In this document: piece after piece, positions 54,366 to 64,000 of the stretch
Layout: every line of letters begins with the position of its first letter
Numbering within the stretch: position 1 is the first letter of the stretch
Source: Octopus sinensis
Lineage: Eukaryota
DNA: 64,000 nucleotides
Reading direction: 5' to 3'
Assembly (NCBI RefSeq): GCF_006345805.1
Contig: NC_043015.1
Span: 8,866,001 to 8,930,000, forward strand
Made by a program: the position numbers and the translations under genes
Notes under the pieces: model-generated
Told to the model about the DNA's origin: nothing
Seen by the model: the letters and a program-made list of their open reading frames with translations, nothing else
Databases searched by the model: none

Positions 54366-54714
54366 TATATACATATATATATATATACATATATATATAT
54401 TTGCGTGTGTGTGTGTGTGTATGCATGTATGTATGTATGTATGTATGCATGTATGTATGTATATATATATATATGTGTGTGTGTATATGGTTATTACGAC
54501 AAGTGCTTTCTAGCTACTATGAATTGTTTTGTCTCTTCTTTGTCACAATTCTGGTACTAAGTAGTGCTTTTGGTCTTCGCATATATTTATGCATCCCGGT
54601 ATAATTGACAATAACCCAACCCTATACCTACACAAGCGCAAACACACACACACACACATACACACACACACATACACACACACACACATATACACACACA
54701 CACTTATATGCAGT

Positions 54715-55700
54715 TAAGACGATCGGCTGGAAATTTCATAGACTGACCAATAAACTCATGTGGAATATGACAAACTGAGGTTTATTTTACAACATAATTT
54801 TTTGCATATTTCTATTACTGGTGCAGTGCTTGAGTTCCAATGGTGAAGAAGCTTTCATACCGTTGGTCAAAAACATCAACATCAGATATAAACTCATCAT
54901 CAATGCGATACTGTTCCCTAGGCAAGGGTTGTCTCCATATTCGGAAACAGACGGTAATCAGACGGGGTGAAATGAAGAGACTTGTTCAAGAATAGAGTAA
55001 TTTACAACGGTTATTGAAACCAAAGATTGTGTGTCGAAGCAATGTTCTAATGAAACAAGTCCTCTTTTGTTAGTCTACCTGGGTGTTTGGTCTCCATATA
55101 GCATTTCGCAGCTGGTTAGCATGATACTCTCCATTGATCGAGTTGCCCTTTTGTAGATAGTCACTAATCACAATGTTTTTGAAACCGCTCAAAACTGAGG
55201 CCATAACCGTCCCTGCAATTGAAACGAGCTTGGTTTTTTGGGAGCAGGTGAGAAGAATGTTTCCACTGAATCCAATCTGGTTTTGTCTTTGCCTCAAGAT
55301 GATGAACCGAACATTCATCCTATCTTAGAAAACGTTCAATGAAACTAGCTTGAGGTGATTCAGGCAATGCCAGACTTTCCCGTGCTGTGAAGAATCTGTT
55401 GCGCTTTTCATGAACTATGAGAAGACGTGGTATCTTCAGTTCTGAAGCCTCCATCTTACCAAGTTCATTATGCAGAATATTCACAATTTTCTTACGAGTT
55501 ATACATATTTGATTTATGTTCAATGATCTTTCATCTATCATAAATGGTGACCCGATCAATACATTCCTCGGTTATAGCAGTTGCAGTACGTCCAGATATC
55601 GAGTAGTTTTTTACTCTCCCTTCCCGTCCTAAATTAAGCTGCCTACTTATGCATTCTTAATATTGTCTGCTGGTACTTGATAACACTGTAACGTCAATTT
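54715..55700 (-). mobile_element. Tc1/mariner (mariner-type DD34D) transposon remnant
   Basis: ORF 55320..55559 NILHNELG...IPRLL...KRNR (cf. ILHNELGM.K.SARWVPRLLT). ORF 55070..55318 AGTVMASV...IVISDYLQKGNSINGEY (cf. AGKVMASVFWD..GIV.IDYL.KG.TINGEYY). SDYRLFPNM near 54940 (cf. SDY.LFP). Only the end near 54715 looks TIR-like. Confidence 0.8.
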
Positions 55701-55777
55701 CTGCCCAATTTCATGATTTGTAGCTGCTAGTTACGTTTGAAGATTTCTATGAGCAGTTTACCTAGCAGAAAATAATG

Positions 55778-56015
55778 TAGTTATAATGCGGCGAGCTGGT
55801 AGAAACGTTAGCACGCTGGGCAAAATGCTTAGCAATATTTCGTTGGCAGCTACGTTCTGAGTTCAAATTCCGCCGAGATCGACTTTGCCTTTCATCCTTT
55901 CGGAGTCGATTAAACGTACCAGTTACGCACTGGGGTCGCTATAACCGATTTTATCCGTTTGCCAGTCCTTGTTTGTTCCCTCTCTGTTTAGCCCCTTGCG
56001 GGTAGTAAAGAAACT
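55778..56015 (+). mobile_element. SINE family A with 11-bp TSD
   Basis: Full family A body from 55788; agaaaataatg at 55767-55777 and 56016-56026. Confidence 0.88.
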
Positions 56016-57384
56016 AGAAAATAATGCAAATGCTAGGAAGAAAAATTGAAATAATGCTTGCTCCACAGCTTCAAAGTCAGCCTATGGACTTTAAAGGAAA
56101 CACTTGTATTCTAAAAAAGAGAGACATTATCCAAACATGTTAGTCCCTTATTTATATGATACATCTCATTCCAACAATTTCATTGTAACAACTCCATATT
56201 TCAATTAAAATTATAAATTCATTACTCTAAACCGATACACATATTTAGCCGTTTCTTTCTTTCTTTTTATACATATCTAAACGCTTAATAGGAAACAACT
56301 TATAGCTATTCATTCCTTGCGAGAAAGGACCTCTTTTCCTTTTGTAGGAGTTCAATTGGTCCTTTTGTAATAAACCGACCTAAGCACTTATTTTTCTATC
56401 GTACATAAAAGCATTATCTAATATGTTTTAATATATTTTCACTAAATTTTAATCTTATACATCATCATGTTTAAGTATTTTGATACTTTTACATAAATGA
56501 TACGGCCTTAGTAAAATGTCGCACATATATATCATATAATGGAATCTTCCATTATTTAAGTCAAATTTTATTTAATGTCTGTAATTTTACTTCCTTGGAC
56601 AGGAGTGAGTAAGAGTGGCTGCTTTTGTAATTTCAAGTTTCTTGTAACTTAGATTATATAAAATCGTAACTATTGTCGGAGTTGAAACTATCAGAGGAAA
56701 TCGAGGCATCTCATTCACAACGCTTCATTGAGTTTTAGTAAATACCGTTTGTATAATTGCAAACAGAAGCGGCTGACACCCATAAATTCCTCTTTGTCGT
56801 CAGATAATTTCCACATTTGCATATTTTTATTTCCATCCACGCTGTAATAATTGATGCAGTTTCAGTTAAGAATATATTCTTGTTGTTGCTGTTTTCGTGC
56901 GGTCATTTTTGATTTTAACTTTATTAGTTCTGTTCATTATGCGGCTGTGTCTGAATACGGTACTTGAAATATTTTATATCCATTTAAGAGAATATATGTA
57001 TGGAGAAACACTATCACCTTCGGTATAAGAACATGTAGCGTATCTGTATTTGTGCTTCTATCTCCTATGTCCTTGAATATGAGAGAAACAAACTTTGCAT
57101 GAAAATAAACTTCTCTGCCAATCTGTCTGTGTCTACCTGTGTGTCTCTCTCTCCCTATCTCCATCCATCTCGGTAGTTATCTAACGATCAACGTATCTAG
57201 TTGCCTCTCTGTCTGTTTCTGAATTTTATTGATATAAATGTATATTCATATATATAAAGTATGATCGAGTATGTCAGGGAAAATAAAGTATGACCATTCA
57301 AAACTTGCAGAGTGACCTGCACAAATGATTTGTATGTGTGTGTGTGTATGTTTGTGTGTATTGTTTTATCGTTTTTCATGCGTC

Positions 57385-57702
57385 AGTCATTTAACTGCGA
57401 CCATGCTAGAGCACCATCCTGGCGTACTTTAGTCATAGAAATCGACCGTAAGAGTTACTAATTTTTTTCAGCCTAGTAATTATTCTATCTGTAATTCTGC
57501 CGAACTGTTACGTTAGGGGCAATTAAATACACCAACACTGTTGGCAATTTCATACACAACCACAGACACGAAGACACGCACTCACACACACATGATTTTG
57601 GTCGGCTAGATATTGTAGTAGAAGACGCCTGGTACATTTGTCGCGCAGTGGGACTGAATCCAGAGCCACGTGGTGAAGAAGCAAGCATCCTACCGCACAG
57701 AC
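57385..57702 (-). mobile_element. SINE family C, diverged near-full copy
   Basis: cagtcatt..actg.g.ccatgct.gagcacc at the left end and gcagtgggactgaa.cc.g.gcca.gtgg...gcaagc...ctacc.cacag at the right end. Confidence 0.7.
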
Positions 57703-58070
57703 TCGTGAAAGTGGAGAGTTTTAGTCATTGTTTATTCACCATTAGATGTGTTTCATTTGGTAATATGCATTACAAAGTTTTAAGATTCTGTTAGATATGT
57801 ACTCTTTTACTCTTCTACTTGTTTCAGTCATTTCACTGTGGCCATGTAGGAGCACCGCATTTTAGTCGAGCAAATCGGTGCCAGAATTTATTCTTTGTAA
57901 GCTTAATACTTATTCTATCGATTCCTTTTGCCGAAAAGTTAAGTTACGGAGATGTAAGCACACCAGCATCGGTTGTCAAGCGATGTTGGTGGACAAATAC
58001 AGACACACAAACATGTACACATACATACACATACACATACACACACACAGACATACACACACACACACAG

Positions 58071-58949
<879 letters not shown>

Positions 58950-59102
58950 TGTATATATATACGACGGGCGTCTTTCAGTTTCCGTCTACCAAATCCACTC
59001 ACAAGGATTTAGTCGGCCCGTGGCTATAGTAGAACACACTTGCCCATGGTGCCAAAAAGTGGGAATGAACCCGGAACCATATGGATCTTAAGCTAGCTAC
59101 TT

Positions 59103-60594
59103 TATTTTATCTAATTTGCTACAGGGGCATTACACAGATGTAGCTTTGCGGGCTGGACACAAACATTAATGGTATGAATGATGGTGATGGAACAAAGATG
59201 ATGGTAGGAGAAGACGAAAGCGCCCGCCGACTCCCGCTTCACTAAAACAATGTTCTTTTTTCAACAAATCATAATGAGGCAATAAACCTCTTACAATGTT
59301 CTTTTAAAATATACAGAAAGTTCAGGTTTCAATATAATACAATGTTCCTTCAAAATATACAAATAGTTCAGGTCACCCGGCCGACCAGATCTCTTGCTTT
59401 AATGGAGGACTCAGCCGGTTCCAGGCAAGACCACACAGGTACATATCTATAGGAGATCGCTATCCCATAGGACCTCCGCAGCCACATGCGAAGGCCACTC
59501 AGGGTCCTCCGGGCAGGACCGAAGTCCCTCCCATTGGCTTCTCCTTTTCATTTTTCTTATCTCATTTCCAATGGTTCCTCCTTTGTGGAAGGGGACCGCG
59601 TATTTATCTTCCGGCGGCAAACCCGCCTGAGGAGGCTTGGGAGACGCCGTCCGCGTGTTATAATCCGCCGGCGGCGTCCCGTTTCTCTTTTTTCTTTTTT
59701 ACCCTTTTCTCCCTGGGCCGCGGGAATGTGAGGTTCCTGTGGTGTACACAACGGGTCCTCTTTTTCTCCCGCAGCTACCGGGTCTTTCGGTGGGTCACCA
59801 TTGTTGCCCGCCTTTCTGTTACGTTTTGAAGTTGTAACAACCTCCTCGTCACTCTTCTGCTTCTCTTCCTCCATTGGGGGAGCATGGAGAGATGCCACCA
59901 TTAACTGCTCTAGGATCCTACTTTGGTCTCTGAGGAAGTTCTTCTTAATGTGACCGGTCTCCAGGCACAGATGACACTTGACTAGTCTTTCGAGTATCAC
60001 CGGGCACCTGTACCCGGCCATTCGCAGGAAGTCTGGGAATATCATCTCTCCGACGGCCACCGGGATCCACAAGGTCAAAATTGCCTTTGACCCCTCCCAG
60101 TCGACCGCGGGAGTGATTTTACACTCAAAAGCCTGGGCCCACTATCTCCCAGGCCTCCTTGGATGGTCTCCTCGATCCATCCCGCCTCCGTTCCCGGGGG
60201 CACCCCGCACACCCAGGCTCTTTTTTTTTCTTCCACAATACGAGGGGAGGAACAAAACGTCCTCTCCCTTAAGGGGCTCGCTAGCAAATCTGCTAGCTTC
60301 TTCAGGGGTACCAAACAGCAACCACACCGATGTCCCCCGAGAAATAAACTTTATAGTTGGCAGATGGTCTGTCAACTCTTTTTCTATTATGTTTTTGTTG
60401 AAGAGGGCGATGGCCCCACGCGACCTAGAATAGGCTCGTAGTACCACCGTCCTCTTCTCAAGTTCTTTGGAGTGGGAGGTTATCCCACCCAAGCAGTGGC
60501 TTCATTTTTCTTTGCCATGTGAAAAAAGTTCAAAGTCCAAATAAAGTTCATGATAGGTTTTTAGAAAGGTGAGAAGGATATAAAAAAAAGGAGA
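59103..60594 (-). mobile_element. ORF1-only non-LTR retroelement (Tx1/L1-type ORF1, no ORF2)
   Basis: GC-rich ~1.5-kb island: ~80-nt 5' leader, ORF1 pieces, ~450-nt 3' region with a 46-bp tandem pair (59293, 59339), ending gataaaataaa. No endonuclease or RT motif seen. Confidence 0.65.
59557..60518 (-). pseudogene. Frameshifted ORF1/gag-like nucleic-acid-binding protein with zinc knuckle
   Basis: Candidate ATG at 60518; pieces in ORFs 60142..60492, 60075..60314 (VCGVPP...WIEETI) and 59557..60078. CHLCLETGHIKKNF is CX2CX4HX4 with the last Cys replaced by Phe, followed by a low-complexity Lys/Glu/Pro/Arg tail. Confidence 0.65.
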
Positions 60595-60660
60595 AAGCAC
60601 AGCAGCATCCAGCATCGGTTGTCAAGCGATGTTGGTGGACAAATACAGACACACAAACAT

Positions 60661-60738
<78 letters not shown>

Positions 60739-62627
60739 ACGACGGGCTTCTTTCAGTGTCCGTCTACCAAATCCACTCACAAGGATTTGGTCGGCCCGAG
60801 GCTATATTAGAACACACTTGACCACGGTGCCAAAAAGTGGGAATGAACCCGGAACCATGTGAATCTTAAGCTAACTACTTACCACACAGCCACCTCTACT
60901 CCTTCTTACCAAACAGCCACAGCAATTTCCTATTAGAAGTTCTCAAGAGATTTACTTTATATCACTGAAGAATTTCTAAGAAATTCTGTTATCTATAGGT
61001 AAGATGTAAATCTTTCTACATCTTATTCGCAAATGTTACGATATGTACCTCCTATTCGCAAACAAAATTGTGTATAAATAATCCTAAATAATGTCCAATT
61101 TCTTGGTTTGCATTCTATACAATAACCCTGAGAATGATATTTCATATTTCTCAATTCTATATGGATTTGTTTAAAATTCAGCTCCTAGTAAGACTGCATA
61201 TTTGTTTGTAATAATGGGAAAAACTTATCTCCAGCAAGAAGAAACATCTGGGATCTTGGCAAACTAAATTAGTATATCTATACAAGCGTTTACCTGTAAA
61301 AAAGAAACGATCACACAGAAGGAATTTATGTATATTTCTCTCATTATGTCCATGTGCGTTTGCCTTTTACAATACTTGTGCGTTTGTACCTGTGTTTGTG
61401 CGTAGTTTTGTGCAATATAATCTTGATGTAGTTCCATATAAGAAATGTATTCCATATGATGAGAGTAGGTATACTGTATGTGAAACAGTTTATTTAAAAT
61501 AGAATTCTAAATAATCGCGTCAAATATACAATGACCCGGGGATTGTTAAGAAATAATCCTAAAATTTAAGGTTGGTTTGATCTCTGTGTTTGACAGAACA
61601 AAGTGAAATAAATAAATAACATTACAAATTATGGTTAATGTAATATCTTTGTACGCTGTATTAAATACACAATGGTTTCGATCAAGGGAATACAGTTGTT
61701 AAAATTCACTGTACACTGTGTACTTTGAGGGATGTGTAGTTTAGATTTATGTTATATTCTTTTCATATATTTGTTACCTATAAATTCTGACATTTGTTGG
61801 TCCAGTAAATAAAAGTGTCTCATATAAATTTCCAGTTCAAAAGAAAATCAGAATACATACAATGGACTTTTCTTTTTTATACAAAAATTTGTTGGAATAT
61901 AGTAGTAGCTATTAAAAGAGTTAAAATGTAGAATATAATATCACTGATATAACAAAAGATATTTTGTTATTAAAAATGTTTTTGTTGAACTGATAATCGG
62001 ACAACATAAAAGGGTGTTTCACGAAGAATATTCCTTTGTGACAGAAAATATGAATAATAGAGAAGCTACGTTTAATAACCAACGGTTTCGGTTTAGGAGG
62101 CAGTACTATGGATTATTAGTTATAAATGTAAGAAATAATGTACGATGATTTTTTTTTCTTTAAATATCTTCTTTGTCACTGCTATATTGTGCTAAACAAT
62201 GGAAGTAGAGTAAGATGTAAAATCATCAAATTTATATAGAATATATCCCTGGACCTCAAAAATAGTCGATGATACTTTTCGGTAAAGACTTTTTGAGCGT
62301 ATGTCTATGGACATGCAACGAAGTTACGTTTCCTGAGATTGATATTGTAGTGGTACTCAATATTTTCCTTCCGAGATTTCATTTTCATCTAGAAATATAA
62401 GTATACGGACTTGTTTTCCATCGGTTAAGATTTATACATATATTCTGCCAGACAGCGTATTACTAGAATGATTAAGCTGCCAACCTTATTAGTCACTGTA
62501 AAACATATTGTGGTTGAAAATTAGACTATCGTATTTGCATAGGCATTTATTAGCCGTTTGATTATAAACTGTGTATGTTTCAGGAAATAGCGAATGTGAT
62601 TTTCAGTCATCGATGTCAAATTCATTG

Positions 62628-62869
62628 AAGGCGGCGAGCTGGCAGAAACGTTAGCATGCCGGGCGAAATGTGTAGCCGTATTTCCTCTGCCGCTACGTTC
62701 TGAGTTCAAATTCCGCCGAGGTCGACTTTGCCTTTCATCCCTTTCGGGGTCGATAAATTAAGTACCAGTTACGCACTGGGGTCGATGTAATTGACTTAAT
62801 CCCTTTGTCTGTCCTTGTTTGTCCCCTCTATGTTTAGACCCCTGTGGACAATAAAGAAATAAAGAAATA
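62628..62869 (+). mobile_element. SINE family A, full length with ~16-bp TSD
   Basis: Tail (AAAGAAAT)2; gatgtcaaattcattg (62612-62627) versus gaggtcaaactcattg (62870-62885). Confidence 0.9.
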
Positions 62870-64000
62870 GAGGTCAAACTCATTGCAAAGTCTCTCTGAT
62901 ATTTCTTATTCTATACTTAATGATATAAATGTGAGGATATATCTCTAAATATTCTTCTTAAAGCTGTAGACAGGCGCTGTATGTCAGCATGTTTACTACA
63001 GTACGTTACAGAGTAACACACTAATTCCTTCTTTTTATCTCAATCGTCGCCTCTCTTCAATTTAGCTAAGCACATCACGTTTATATCATACTTATGACAT
63101 TAATATTTTAATTCATATAAGAATTTTAACTATTCTCTGTCTGTCTATATTGGCTTACTTAATTTCCGATTTATTATATTGATATTTGTAGCTAATTACA
63201 AAACAGATAGGGTAATTACAATAATTGTATTTTATCTTTTCCGTTTACTTCTGTGTCCAATACTTATTCAATTTACTTGAAATATTTTTGCTAATTACTG
63301 TCTTAAATAGTGTGTGGTTTGTATTTCTCAAATCATTTCGCATTATTGATATACTTGTTTTTCAATGTTTCTAAGTTGAACGAAATTAATTTCTTCTTCT
63401 TTCCGCGAGGATACTTATACTTGTTTCCTATGTATTTTTTTTTATGTGGCCCATATATTTAGAAGAACTAGGGCATCGCCAATTATGCTATTCGTCGTGA
63501 ATCTGAATTAAGTTTACTTCAATTTTGTCAAAAGCTTCGGTAACATTGAAAATTTCAGATTAGCAAAAATAGCATAACAGTTATGTTTCGTGGTAAGTAC
63601 GACTTAGAATTAACACCTCAGAAAAGACCTTTTTTTTTTTCAAACTAAACACATTCAAACTTCGGATACTGGTAGAATGTGTCACATAGAACATCTTTAA
63701 CTCTTAGCGTTGTTGAAAATGTTTGTATTTTCGATGTTATTTCGTGTTAAATTTGTCGTATTTGAGTAATTTCAACAAATCAATGACGTCTATTGAGCTG
63801 TATAAAGTTACTTCCGGCAGTGTATATTTCGTTTGTCACTGTTATTTATGAGCTATTTTATCTCAGTTACGTTCGTATCAATAAACAAGTGTATCTGAAG
63901 CACGTTTACTTCATGCCACCACCATAATCATTCATGCATTTCTACTGCTTTTAAGTTTTTTCCTGTCTATCAGCTGCTATTTTTGGAAAGACTTCCTCCC

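Noticed and set aside
55700-55780. Second terminal inverted repeat of the mariner remnant
   Set aside because: Similarity to the end at 54715-54750 is too weak to call.

Overview
AT-rich, repeat-dominated eukaryotic DNA with no recognisable host exon. The tRNA-derived SINE families look like those I know from Octopus genomes, so the source is probably an octopod cephalopod (inference). About 19.7 kb (19769-39484) is one 40-bp satellite array with visible higher-order blocks; the very long minus-strand ORFs there are a by-product of the repeat. The rest holds: three R4/Dong-type non-LTR copies (RT + restriction-like endonuclease) in (TAA)n tracts, two of them stacked head-to-tail; an RTE LINE with a 10-bp target-site duplication (TSD); a short RTE-like 3' end; an old RT remnant; a mariner remnant; a non-autonomous Helitron; many SINEs and microsatellites. 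The two most unusual structures are (i) an ORF1-only (zinc-knuckle, no ORF2) retroelement between two copies of a ~270-bp piece of the SINE it interrupts (57963-60880) and (ii) a ~400-bp foldback insertion with 6-bp terminal direct repeats inside a degenerate ~305-bp tandem repeat (13788-14199). All comparisons were made by eye; no alignment or database search was run.
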